Origin: an uncultured Verrucomicrobiae bacterium
GTDB lineage: Bacteria; Verrucomicrobiota; Verrucomicrobiia; Limisphaerales; Palsa-1400
Reading direction: 5' to 3'
Assembly: GCA_963702845.1 (NCBI GenBank)
Contig: OY969763.1
Coordinates: 896,001 to 960,000 of the forward strand
Length of the DNA: 64,000 nt
Position numbers and translations under genes: made by a program. Of the stretch, positions 1 to 9,312 are shown one piece after another. The notes under the pieces are model-generated. The model did no database searches and was not told the origin of the DNA. It saw only the letters and a program-made list of their open reading frames with translations. Numbering within the stretch: position 1 is the first letter of the stretch; each line of letters opens with the position of its first letter.

Positions 1-1627
1 GAGCGCCTGCATTACCGGTTCCAACGCGACGTTGACCGTGAATATTCCTCCGTCCATCACACAACAACCGGTTGGCCAGTCTGTGATTGTTGGCACAAGC
101 GCAAGCTTTTCCGCGAACGGCGACGGCACTGCGCCGTTGAGCTATCAATGGCAACATAACGGCGCAAATATTTCAGGTGCGACTACGACATCGTTGAGCA
201 TTGCGAGTGCCCAGCAATCGGATGCCGGGTCGTATGCACTCGTGGTGAGCAGCCCGTATGGGAGCGCGACCAGTTCCAGCGCCGTTCTGGGTGTTATCAC
301 ATCCACCGTCATTGCCGGGAATGTAAGCGCCTCGGGTTCGAGCACGGTCAGCCTGCCGATTTTGCTTTCGGCGCTTGGCAACGAGAACGCGGTTGGGTTT
401 AGTTTAAACTTCGACCCGACGTTGTTGAGTGTGGCGTCGGTGAATGTGGGATCCAACCTGACTGCCGCGACCGTGTTTTACAACACGGCAAACAGCGGAC
501 ATGCAGGCATTGCGGTTTCGTTGAGTTCAGGAAATACATTTGCCGTGGGGGCTCAGGAGATGGTGGTGGTGGTGTTTAACGTTGGATTGGTGGCAACGAA
601 CGTGGTTACGCCAATCAGTTTCGGAGATACGCCGACTCTACGTGAAATCTCCGACCCGTCGCCGAAACTTCTGCCCGGCACCTATATCGCTGGATCGGTG
701 ACGTTGACGGCGACAGCATTTGAAGGCGATGTGTCGCCGCGACCGGGCGGTGACCAACGCGTCGGCATAACGGACTGGGTGCAGGTGGGCCGATTTGTTG
801 CCGGATTGGATACTGTGAGCAGCCCGAGTGAATTTCAGCGAGTTGACTGTGCCCCGCGCAATGGCTCTGGCAATGGCAAGTTGACCGTCAGCGACTGGGT
901 CCAGGCGGGCCGTTACTTTATTGGACTTGATCCTTTAACACCTGTTGGTGGCCCAACTACTCCAATCGGAAACGCGATTGTGCAACCGCGCATTCCGACT
1001 TCCCGGACGATCGCGCTGCAAACCGGAACGACGAGCGGCATTACAAATGTCGTCAGTGTGCAATTGAATGCGCAAGGTGACGAAAGCGCGGTCGGCTTCA
1101 GCCTGTCATTTGATTATACCCAACTTCGGTTCACTGGCGCATCGGTCGGCAGCAGCGCTTCGGGCGCGAGCATGAACGTAAATTCGGTGCAGGCCACCAA
1201 TGGAACGCTTGGCGTTGCTCTTGAACTGCCGTTCGGCCAGAGCTTTCCTGCCGGCACCCAGGAAGTCGTACGTTTGAATTTCGTGCCGATTGTTTACGCG
1301 CCGGGCAGTTCGAATATTACGTTCACCGACTGGCCGGTGATACGCGAAGTGTCTGACGCGACTGCAAACTCGTTGAGTGCGAACTATGTGAATAGCACAG
1401 TGGCAACAACTGGATTGTTGCCGTTGCTCTCGATCACACAAGATGGCGCAGGGAACGTGACCCTTTCGTGGACGGCGTCCGCCAACGGTTACGGACTGGA
1501 ATCAGTTTCTGACCTGGCTACGAACTGGTTGCCGGTCTCGGCCAGCGTCGTAACCAATGGTGCCAATGTATTTGTCATCCAATCGGCGGCAACGAACCAG
1601 TTATACTTCCGGTTGCGTCATCCGTAG
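1..1627 (+). CDS. 3' part of a secreted multidomain protein (starts before the window): Ig domain - cohesin - dockerin-like - cohesin - C-terminal FYRL-type module
   Basis: Ig motif PPSITQQP...LSYQW...DAGSY. Two cohesin-like domains share GxExAVGFSLxFD...GxQE. A duplicated DWVQ(V/A)GR(F/Y)xxGLD dockerin-like motif lies between them. The protein ends LYFRLRHP. The frame is open to the window edge. Confidence 0.8.
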   Translation, partial: SACITGSNATLTVNIPPSITQQPVGQSVIVGTSASFSANGDGTAPLSYQWQHNGANISGATTTSLSIASAQQSDAGSYALVVSSPYGSATSSSAVLGVITSTVIAGNVSASGSSTVSLPILLSALGNENAVGFSLNFDPTLLSVASVNVGSNLTAATVFYNTANSGHAGIAVSLSSGNTFAVGAQEMVVVVFNVGLVATNVVTPISFGDTPTLREISDPSPKLLPGTYIAGSVTLTATAFEGDVSPRPGGDQRVGITDWVQVGRFVAGLDTVSSPSEFQRVDCAPRNGSGNGKLTVSDWVQAGRYFIGLDPLTPVGGPTTPIGNAIVQPRIPTSRTIALQTGTTSGITNVVSVQLNAQGDESAVGFSLSFDYTQLRFTGASVGSSASGASMNVNSVQATNGTLGVALELPFGQSFPAGTQEVVRLNFVPIVYAPGSSNITFTDWPVIREVSDATANSLSANYVNSTVATTGLLPLLSITQDGAGNVTLSWTASANGYGLESVSDLATNWLPVSASVVTNGANVFVIQSAATNQLYFRLRHP

Positions 1628-1651
1628 GGTGTCGGTTAAACCGCTCTCACA

Positions 1652-4138
1652 TCACGGGACAACTTTGACACGATAAAATGTCGAAGTTGTGCCCGCTGAA
1701 ACATCCGTAAACGACATGGTGGAGCCTAGTCCAGCAGGAGCCGGGTCGGTTTCGGCCGCCGCGCTTCGGACGATATCCGTAAACGGTTGACTGAGGCCGG
1801 TGGTGTATTGAACGCGATAACGCGTTCCACCAGTTGATTCCCAACTCAAATTGAACTGGCCGTTTGGCTGCCTGGTTGCGGACAACACTTTGAAGTTCGG
1901 CAGATGAAAATCGAATTCGCCCACAGTCAAAGCGCGTTGTTCAAAGCGGATTCGATCGATGTACCCCGTGAACCAATTTGCGCCTTCAGAACCGGCGCCG
2001 ACGGTGAGTGCGGATTCGGTTCGAAAGCCGGCGCCATTGGTGTAAGCAACGGTAGCGGCGAGCCCGGCGTCGATATAAAACTTCATATTGACGCCATCGG
2101 TGTGAACGACCGCGACATGATGCCATTTACCATCGTTAGGGATGGTGGCGGAGGAGGGGATATCTTTGATTTTGAAAGTAGTCGTGTGCAAAGTTCGATT
2201 GGTATTGATCGACAACGAGAATCCCGGGCGTCGTTCGTATTGAAACAAAATAGCGCGCTGCGCCGGTGTATAATTCAGTGGCAATTGCACCCACGCCTGC
2301 AACGTGTAGTTGTCGTTCACGCCATTGGTGCCGATGATTTGATTTGGATCTGCGATGGTGAGCTGTTTTGTGCCATCAAAATATAGCGACGAATCCCCAG
2401 CCAACCCGGTCGCAGAATTCGTGCTCCACACCGGTGCATTTGTTCCGAAGCTTCCGGATAAGCCGCCAATCACGTCGGTGACTTTTGTCCCAGTGCCTTC
2501 ATTGAGGGGAAGATAAAAGGCTGGTGAATGGTTCGTGAAATTCGACACAGAGAATTGCGCCATGACGCAAAAATGGTCTGATGCTTCGAGTGTATAACCG
2601 ACGGAGGCGTTGGTCGGGGTGATGCCCGCGCCTTTTGCTTTCCAGATGTAATCGATGCGCGCGCGCAGACCGTCGACGGGATCAGGCGGGCAGGGAACCG
2701 TGCGGCCTAACGATCCATCTCCCGCACTGGGCCAAACATCGATCCACTTCTGTTGCATCAAATTGTAGATAGGAGAGTCAGGGGTGTCGTTAAAATCGCC
2801 GCAAAAGAAGACCGGCAACGTTTCATCGGCAATCCATTGATTGAAATCCGTGCCGCACATCAGACGTTCCGTGCTGTCTGCGTGAAAATCCAGATGTGTG
2901 ACCCAGAACGACAGAAATTTGCCATTCACGTCCACGACCGCTTTTAGCCAGCCTCGTTGCTCGTTACCGCCGACATTGGGCAAGAGGCGGTGGTCACGCG
3001 TGAGGACAGGAAATTTGGAAAGGATGGCGTTTCCAAATTGATCATTGCCGGTCAAGGCGGTGTCGTTATTGCTGAAGACGAGGGTCATGCCTGTTTCCTG
3101 GGCGAGTTCACCGATAGTATCGCGGCCGTCGGCCCGCGGCATAAACCGGGCAACTTCATTGAGCGACACCAGATCGACATTTTGAGAAATGATGAAGTTT
3201 GCGATGCGCTGCGTGTTGACTTTGTTATCGGGCCCGACCGCGGAGTGAATATTATAAGTCATCACGCGCACGACCGAACTGGTATTGGCATTGCTCAACG
3301 TGGGATTCAGCTTCAACGAAAAATCATCGTAAGTAACCGGGCCGGCGCTGCCGGCGATATCCCACATAATATGTCGTGCTGGTCCATTGAAGCGCCAACC
3401 GTTGGGCAAGTCGGTATCCATGTCGGTATCATAGATCCACGAGTTGCCGCCATTGAGGGAGAGTTGCACTCGAGAATTGAACGACGAGGTTTCGCTGCCC
3501 GCATCGGTCACGCGCATCAGCAGTATAATATCGTTGCCGTATGTGTTTGGCGTCAGTGTGGTGATGGCGCTATTCAAATCCGTGGCCAGACCGGAGGAGC
3601 CGGTGTCGATGCGTTTGCCGAGGGTATAGAAGGTGTCACTGCTGCTGGCGCGATACAGTTGAACACCGAAGTCCCACGTGGTCGCATCGCCTTCAGCGGT
3701 GCCGAGCGCGAACGAGAAACGCTGACTGCCACTGGAGTTATTGTTCATCGTGATGCCGATGTCGTAAATAACAGGGTTGCTCGGCGTGGCAGCGGCAATC
3801 CCGAGCGCTGATGAAAAGTCGAACGAGGCAGCGCCGTCGGCGGAGAGGACGAACCGTCCGGAATTCGTGACTGACGTCACCTGAAGTTCGTTTCCGACAA
3901 TCGAATAGGCGCTGGTCGCTTTGGTTCCAGTGTTGATATAGCGCAGATTGGTTTTTGCGGAACCGGTTAGCCGCGTCGTGGGAGGGTTGATGCCGGAGTT
4001 AATACCAGCGTTCAGATTAAAGCCAGTACCCGAGCCTGTGACATTGAAATTGTCGCTGACGATTGTGGTGACCGCCACGCACGGTATCGAACAAACGACC
4101 AGAACGACAAACCAAAGCCATGGACGTACGTTATTCAT
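1652..4138 (-). CDS. Secreted endonuclease/exonuclease/phosphatase (EEP) domain protein with LamG-like domain and C-terminal FYRV module
   Basis: Signal peptide from ATG 4138. EEP motifs VMTYNI, LNEV, GDFN, RIDYIW, ASDH. LamG motifs DGKWHHVAVV and FTGYIDRIR. Ends STFYRVKVVP. Confidence 0.85.
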   Translation of the reverse strand: MNNVRPWLWFVVLVVCSIPCVAVTTIVSDNFNVTGSGTGFNLNAGINSGINPPTTRLTGSAKTNLRYINTGTKATSAYSIVGNELQVTSVTNSGRFVLSADGAASFDFSSALGIAAATPSNPVIYDIGITMNNNSSGSQRFSFALGTAEGDATTWDFGVQLYRASSSDTFYTLGKRIDTGSSGLATDLNSAITTLTPNTYGNDIILLMRVTDAGSETSSFNSRVQLSLNGGNSWIYDTDMDTDLPNGWRFNGPARHIMWDIAGSAGPVTYDDFSLKLNPTLSNANTSSVVRVMTYNIHSAVGPDNKVNTQRIANFIISQNVDLVSLNEVARFMPRADGRDTIGELAQETGMTLVFSNNDTALTGNDQFGNAILSKFPVLTRDHRLLPNVGGNEQRGWLKAVVDVNGKFLSFWVTHLDFHADSTERLMCGTDFNQWIADETLPVFFCGDFNDTPDSPIYNLMQQKWIDVWPSAGDGSLGRTVPCPPDPVDGLRARIDYIWKAKGAGITPTNASVGYTLEASDHFCVMAQFSVSNFTNHSPAFYLPLNEGTGTKVTDVIGGLSGSFGTNAPVWSTNSATGLAGDSSLYFDGTKQLTIADPNQIIGTNGVNDNYTLQAWVQLPLNYTPAQRAILFQYERRPGFSLSINTNRTLHTTTFKIKDIPSSATIPNDGKWHHVAVVHTDGVNMKFYIDAGLAATVAYTNGAGFRTESALTVGAGSEGANWFTGYIDRIRFEQRALTVGEFDFHLPNFKVLSATRQPNGQFNLSWESTGGTRYRVQYTTGLSQPFTDIVRSAAAETDPAPAGLGSTMSFTDVSAGTTSTFYRVKVVP

Positions 4139-4236
4139 CGCGTGACCAATGAGGTTACACTGACGGGTGTCCAAGGAACACTACCGAATTTTAGGGTGGT
4201 GAGAAACCATACTGGTTTTCCCTGAGACTGCATGAC

Positions 4237-4264
4237 TTGCCGTGCGACTAGTTTTCTCTAAACT
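4237..4264 (+). promoter_or_regulatory. Putative sigma70 promoter of the halogenase operon
   Basis: TTGCCG-16 nt-TAAACT, ending 9 nt before the GTG start at 4274. Confidence 0.45.
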
Positions 4265-4273
4265 GCACCCGTT

Positions 4274-5530
4274 GTGAAACAAACCTATGACAGTATCATA
4301 ATCGGCGGGGGGCCCGGCGGAAGCACCGCGGGAACGCTGCTGGCAAAGCGCGGGCAAAGGGTGTTGCTTCTGGAAAAGGAAGTGTTTCCTCGGTTTCACA
4401 TCGGCGAATCCTTACTGCCCTATAACTTTCCAATTTTCGATGAACTTGGTGTGATGCCTGCGTTGAACGCCGCGGGGTTTCCGAAGAAATTCGGAGCGCA
4501 GTTTGAACTGGCCGACAAATCCCGGTGGGTTGGTTTCGTTTTCAAGCAGGGCAGATTCACCAAGCACACGCAAGCGATGCAGGTGGAGCGTGCGAAGTTT
4601 GATCACATTTTACTTAAGAACGCCGCGGCCAGCGGAGTTGAGGTGCGTGAGGGCTGGACAGTCCACCGATTTGATTCGGTTGAAAACGGCATGACGGTTC
4701 TGGCCACGGGGCCAAAGGGAGAGAAGGAAACGTTTTGCGCGGACTGGCTGATTGATGCAAGCGGGCGCGGGAATCTGACCGGTAACCAGGAAGGTTTGCG
4801 CGTGATGCATCCCGGGCTGAAAAAACTCGCGATCTTTGGACATTACTTGAACGTCCGCCTCGACGCTGGCGAACGCGCCGGCGATACAGTCGTTATTCGT
4901 TTGAACAACAAATGGTTTTGGGTCATTCCCGTATCCGCAGAAAAGACGAGCGTTGGTTGCGTGATGGACAAAGAAGAGTTCGGGCAATGGAAAGGTTCGC
5001 CGGAAGAATTGTTCAATCACATTGTGCAGAACAATCCCGCGGTGCTCGATCGGATGAAGAATGCGCAACGCGTCGACGAAGTCCACGTCACCGCAGATTT
5101 CTCTTATAAGAACCGGCGGCTTTATGGACCACGATTATTGCGTGTCGGTGATGCCGCGGGATTTTTGGATCCGATTTTTTCGTCGGGAGTGTTTATTGCG
5201 ATGCGGTCCGCGAAACTCGCGGTGGAGGCAATCGAAGAAGCAACCAAACGCGGCAACAGCACCAAACCATTCCAGCGTTACGAGAAGGAGGTTTTTGCCG
5301 GCATGGATTTCTATTGGGAGATGGTTGAAAAGTTCTACACCACACCGTTCATGGAAATTTTCATGAACCCTCGCGAGAAGTTCGATTTGCCGGCGGCGGT
5401 GAACGCGGCGCTCGCGGGCGAGTTGTCCGGTAACTGGTCGTTGCGCTGGCGGATGCGGCTGTTCTTTTTACTCGTCAGTATTCAGGCCCGCAAACGACTT
5501 GCACCGGCTATTGTGTTTCGAGACCAGTGA
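4274..5530 (+). CDS. FAD-dependent oxidoreductase, flavin-dependent halogenase family
   Basis: GGGPGG FAD-binding motif, FPRFHIGESL, WFWVIP (WxWxIP signature), GDAAGFLDPIFSSG. Confidence 0.85.
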   Translation: MKQTYDSIIIGGGPGGSTAGTLLAKRGQRVLLLEKEVFPRFHIGESLLPYNFPIFDELGVMPALNAAGFPKKFGAQFELADKSRWVGFVFKQGRFTKHTQAMQVERAKFDHILLKNAAASGVEVREGWTVHRFDSVENGMTVLATGPKGEKETFCADWLIDASGRGNLTGNQEGLRVMHPGLKKLAIFGHYLNVRLDAGERAGDTVVIRLNNKWFWVIPVSAEKTSVGCVMDKEEFGQWKGSPEELFNHIVQNNPAVLDRMKNAQRVDEVHVTADFSYKNRRLYGPRLLRVGDAAGFLDPIFSSGVFIAMRSAKLAVEAIEEATKRGNSTKPFQRYEKEVFAGMDFYWEMVEKFYTTPFMEIFMNPREKFDLPAAVNAALAGELSGNWSLRWRMRLFFLLVSIQARKRLAPAIVFRDQ

Positions 5531-6471
5531 TAGCAAACCAAACAACGGCTGTAGCGGATCTCAAAACCGAAATGACCTCCGGGCAATCAGCGCCTGCGAA
5601 ACCTTCCTCTGTTTACAATGCACGGTTGTGGCGAATGGGCCTGGCGGCTGCTGCGGCGCTACCTTCCGGTTTGCTGCGCACAATTGCTGGCAGCGCTTCA
5701 GCGATGTACGCGAAAGCCAAGCCTGCACGCCGGGAGATCGTCGTGAACAATTTGCTGCCCGTGCTCGGTTCTCGTCAGGAAGCGGAACAAGCGGCGACGA
5801 AAATGTTTCGGAATCTTGGCGCCAAAGTAGCGGATGTTTTGCGATGCGAAGCCGGAAAGCCTGCGCGCGCGATGCTGGCGGAATTAATAAATGCCGAGCA
5901 CGTGCTCGAAACGCAAGCGCGAGGGCAGGGCACATTGATTGTGACACCGCATCTCGGCAACTGGGAATTTGGCGGCTATATACTCGCAGAGCGCGGCGTC
6001 AAGCTGCACGTGGTCACTTTAGTGGAGCCGGGTGAAGGTTTGACCGAACTACGTCAGAGCTGTCGCGCACGGTCGGGCATCGAAACGATCGTCATTGGCG
6101 AAGATCCATTCGCAATCGTGGAGGTGATCAAGCGGCTGCAGGAGGGCGGCACCATGGCGCTGCTGATCGATCGCCCGCCGAAATCGGTCGCCACAACGGT
6201 AGAATTTTTTGGAAAGCCATTTGTGGCCGCGATAGCCGCTGCTGAGTTGGCGCGGGCAACAGGCTGCGTTATTGCGCCGGTCATTATTCCGCGTGTGAAG
6301 AACGGTTATCGGGTCGAGCTCCTCCCGACGATCGGATATGACCGCGCCGCGCTGAATGATCGTGGAGCACGGCAGCAGTTGACTCAAAACATCATGCGCG
6401 CATTTGAGCCGAGCGTCCGAAAGTACGCCGACCAATGGTATCACTTCACTCCGATTTGGCCTAAATCATGA
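5527..6471 (+). CDS. LpxL/HtrB-like lysophospholipid acyltransferase
   Basis: HLGNWE catalytic motif, LLIDR, VEFFGK and C-terminal DQWYHFTPIW. GTGA overlap with the upstream stop. Confidence 0.85.
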   Translation: MIANQTTAVADLKTEMTSGQSAPAKPSSVYNARLWRMGLAAAAALPSGLLRTIAGSASAMYAKAKPARREIVVNNLLPVLGSRQEAEQAATKMFRNLGAKVADVLRCEAGKPARAMLAELINAEHVLETQARGQGTLIVTPHLGNWEFGGYILAERGVKLHVVTLVEPGEGLTELRQSCRARSGIETIVIGEDPFAIVEVIKRLQEGGTMALLIDRPPKSVATTVEFFGKPFVAAIAAAELARATGCVIAPVIIPRVKNGYRVELLPTIGYDRAALNDRGARQQLTQNIMRAFEPSVRKYADQWYHFTPIWPKS

Positions 6472-6887
6472 GCGCAACCGCGAACGAAATGGGATTGCCA
6501 CACGGGCCGGAGTTCCGGTTTGTCGATCGAATCGTTGAAATGCAGCCTGGCAAATCGGGTGTGGCAACTTACGAAGTCCGCGGTGATGAGGAATTCCTGC
6601 GCGGCCATTTTCCAGGGAACCCGATCGTACCTGGTGTCCTGCTGATTGAAGCAGTCGCGCAATTAGCCGGATGTGTTGCACAAGCCGGACGCGATACGCC
6701 GCTCAACAATCTAAAACTCGCCGGCGTCCGCAATGCAAAAATTGCAGGCACGGCAAGGCCCGGTGAGATTATTGACTTATCAGCCAGCATCACGGCTCAG
6801 ATGGGGAATGTATTTCAGGCATCAGGCACTGCGACCGTTGCAGGCAAGATCGTATTGCAAGCGGACGTGATCCTCGCGGGCGAATAG
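6468..6887 (+). CDS. FabZ/FabA-like 3-hydroxyacyl-ACP dehydratase (hot-dog fold)
   Basis: LPHGPEFRFVD and FLRGHFPGNPIVPGVLLIEAVAQ motifs. ATGA overlap with the upstream gene. Confidence 0.85.
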   Translation: MSATANEMGLPHGPEFRFVDRIVEMQPGKSGVATYEVRGDEEFLRGHFPGNPIVPGVLLIEAVAQLAGCVAQAGRDTPLNNLKLAGVRNAKIAGTARPGEIIDLSASITAQMGNVFQASGTATVAGKIVLQADVILAGE

Positions 6888-6948
6888 GACAACGGTTTGC
6901 GTGGAAATTTTAACTTTCACTTTACAGCACTCGGTTTATGTTCGGACG

Positions 6949-7677
6949 ATGCGAACACGTATCTTCGCCGGTTTGGCGGTAGCTTGTTTATTTTTTACTT
7001 TTTCTGGTGACTCGCGTGCGCAGGTGCCCGGCGCCGGTCCTGGCAACGTCGCATTCCTCCGAATCTTCGACCAACACAAAGCGTTTTCGGCCACCGCTGA
7101 TATGCAAATTACCGACAACAGCAAGGACAAGATGGAAGTCACTTTTGCCCTTGCGTTGGACAAAGACAAAGTGCGATTCGAAGTAGACCTGGCGAACGCG
7201 AAAGGCTCGATGATCAGTCCGGAGGTGGTGGCGCAAATGAAAGCCGTCGGTATGGACCGCGCCATCAGTATCATGCGTCTGGATAAAAAACGGCTTTATG
7301 TCATTTATCCCGGGCTCAAGGCGTATGCGGATGTGGTGATGCCTGACGAGTCGGTGCAAAGCCTGACCAAAAACCTCAAGATGCAAAAAGAACCTCAAGG
7401 CAAGGAAACGGTCGCGTCCCATCCCTGTACGAAAACGCTGATTACGCTAACCGACGACAAGGGTGGCAAAGAGCGAATTACGGCTTGGGAAGCCAATGAT
7501 CTAAAAGCATTTCCTGTTCAAGCCCAGCTGTTTGAGGCTGGCCAAAATATCGTTATCAAGCTTCGTGATGTGAAACTGACCCGGCCCGATGCCAAAGTAT
7601 TTGAGCCGCCGACCGGGTTTAAGAAATACGACGATATGCAGAGCTTGATGGCTCAGGCAGTGGCAGGAAAACACTAG
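6949..7677 (+). CDS. Exported protein, DUF4412-like
   Basis: Signal peptide MRTRIFAGLAVACLFF...SRA. Motifs GKETVASHPCTK and FEPPTGFKKY are typical of DUF4412-type proteins. Confidence 0.65.
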   Translation: MRTRIFAGLAVACLFFTFSGDSRAQVPGAGPGNVAFLRIFDQHKAFSATADMQITDNSKDKMEVTFALALDKDKVRFEVDLANAKGSMISPEVVAQMKAVGMDRAISIMRLDKKRLYVIYPGLKAYADVVMPDESVQSLTKNLKMQKEPQGKETVASHPCTKTLITLTDDKGGKERITAWEANDLKAFPVQAQLFEAGQNIVIKLRDVKLTRPDAKVFEPPTGFKKYDDMQSLMAQAVAGKH

Positions 7678-7700
7678 GCGTTCGTAGGTTGTTTAATTCG

Positions 7701-7734
7701 AAAAAAAGGGCGGACGCCATTGCGACGTCCGCCC
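7701..7734 (-). terminator. Rho-independent terminator, minus strand
   Basis: Minus strand reads GGGCGGACG-tcgcaatgg-CGTCCGCCC-TTTTTTT. The U-tract exists only on the minus strand. Confidence 0.75.
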
Positions 7735-7822
7735 CCCAACAACCAAACTAACCAACCCTTGTCCTTAGCACTCAAACGAACGGGAAAACCAAAAACCCAT
7801 TCATCCTTTAACTAAGAACCTA
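7701..7822 (-). ncRNA. Candidate ~120-nt small RNA
   Basis: Orphan minus-strand terminator between two plus-strand genes. Upstream TGAAC-N16-CGTCAT motif. G/U-rich body with no ORF. Confidence 0.45.
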
Positions 7823-7827
7823 TTGTA

Positions 7828-7854
7828 ATGACGCATAAAAGTGCTGATTGTTCA
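7828..7854 (-). promoter_or_regulatory. Putative ECF-sigma-type promoter
   Basis: Minus strand TGAAC (7854-7850), 16 nt, CGTCAT (7833-7828). This resembles AAC/CGT-type ECF promoters. Confidence 0.4.
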
Positions 7855-7917
7855 AATTTTTTTTAATGTTAGCGTGCTTATAAGCGAAGTTGATGTAAGC
7901 CGCTGAAAATCAGAAAA

Positions 7918-9294
7918 ATGCGCCTAACTAACCTAAATCCCGACACCGAAATCGGAGCCAGTTGCTGGGTCGTTGAAATCGACGGCCACCGATTGATGAT
8001 GGATGCAGGTTCGCATCCGAAACGCGAGGGCAGGGCGGCCATGCCGATGTTCTCAGTGGTTGCCCACGAACAGGTGGATGCGATCGCCATTTCCCACTGC
8101 CACCATGATCACGTCGGCAACTTGCCGGTTGCGGTGCGCCACTTTCCGCATGCACACGTGTTGATGCCGGAGTTGAGCTATTTTCTGGTCGAACGCGTGC
8201 TGCACAATTCCGTGAACGTGATGACGCGACAACGGGACGAATCCGGAATAGCCGAGTATCCGCTGTTTACGCACGGCGAAGTCGATGATATCGCGCCGCT
8301 GTTTCAAGGCTTAAAATATAATCGCGAGATCGACTGGGCCAATTTTGACAAATCCAAACGTTCCCAGTTTTCGCCAACGTTAGAGTTTTTCGATGCCGGG
8401 CACGCGCTTGGCTCGGCGGGGATGATGGTTCGGGGCCAATCCCAGTCGTTGTTCTATACAGGCGACGTTTGTTTCCATGACCAGACTTTGTTGCGCGCTG
8501 CGCGTTTTGACGACGTCAAAGCAGATGTGTTGCTGATGGAAACAACGCGCGGGAACCGTGAAGTTCCGAAGGGATTCAGCCGTGTTGCGGAAACTGAGCG
8601 ACTCAGCCAGTCAATCGAGCGCGTTCTCCAAAGAAAAGGTTCGGTTTTGATCCCAACCTTTGCCCTTGGCCGCACGCAAGAGATTTTGGCGCAGCTTGCT
8701 TTGATGATGGCTGCGGGAAAATTGGAACGGCAGCCAGTCTACGTCGGTGGGTTGGGCCGGGTGTTTACCGAGATTTATGATTTGCAGGCGCATCGCACTT
8801 ATCGTCATCACAGCGGCCTGCAACTGGGGCAGGCGTTGAACATCGTCGTTCTGGATCGCAACAAGATGGACGAAATGAGTCTGTCGGGCGGAAAGATTTT
8901 CGTCTTAACGGCCGGCATGCTGACCGAGCACACGCCTGCGCACGAGATGGCGGTGCGAATGATGGGTGACGAGCGGAATGCGATTTTGTTCGTGGGCTAT
9001 AGCGATCCTGAAACGCCCGGCGGTCGACTGAAACAGTCGAAGGTTGGCGAGCCGTTTCTATTCAGCGAGAATGCTGGAGAAGTCACGCGGCGTTGTGAAT
9101 TGGAGGACTTCGACCTGACGGCCCATGCCAATCGTGATGAACTTTTAAATCTAGTCGACGTCGTTTCACCGCACACGGTCGTCCTGGCGCATGGAGAAAC
9201 GGCGTCGCGTAAGTGGTTCGAAGAGCAGATCCGGCAGCGGTATCCGAAAATCAAAGTTGTGCAACCGACGCCTGGCTTGACCTTTGATTTGTAA
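7918..9294 (+). CDS. MBL-fold beta-CASP ribonuclease (YSH1/CPSF-like)
   Basis: SHCHHDH, AGHALGS, YTGD, METTRG, PTFALGRTQE, TAHA and LAHGE motifs. Confidence 0.9.
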   Translation: MRLTNLNPDTEIGASCWVVEIDGHRLMMDAGSHPKREGRAAMPMFSVVAHEQVDAIAISHCHHDHVGNLPVAVRHFPHAHVLMPELSYFLVERVLHNSVNVMTRQRDESGIAEYPLFTHGEVDDIAPLFQGLKYNREIDWANFDKSKRSQFSPTLEFFDAGHALGSAGMMVRGQSQSLFYTGDVCFHDQTLLRAARFDDVKADVLLMETTRGNREVPKGFSRVAETERLSQSIERVLQRKGSVLIPTFALGRTQEILAQLALMMAAGKLERQPVYVGGLGRVFTEIYDLQAHRTYRHHSGLQLGQALNIVVLDRNKMDEMSLSGGKIFVLTAGMLTEHTPAHEMAVRMMGDERNAILFVGYSDPETPGGRLKQSKVGEPFLFSENAGEVTRRCELEDFDLTAHANRDELLNLVDVVSPHTVVLAHGETASRKWFEEQIRQRYPKIKVVQPTPGLTFDL

Positions 9295-9312
9295 ATCTAG
9301 AGCGCCCTAAGG

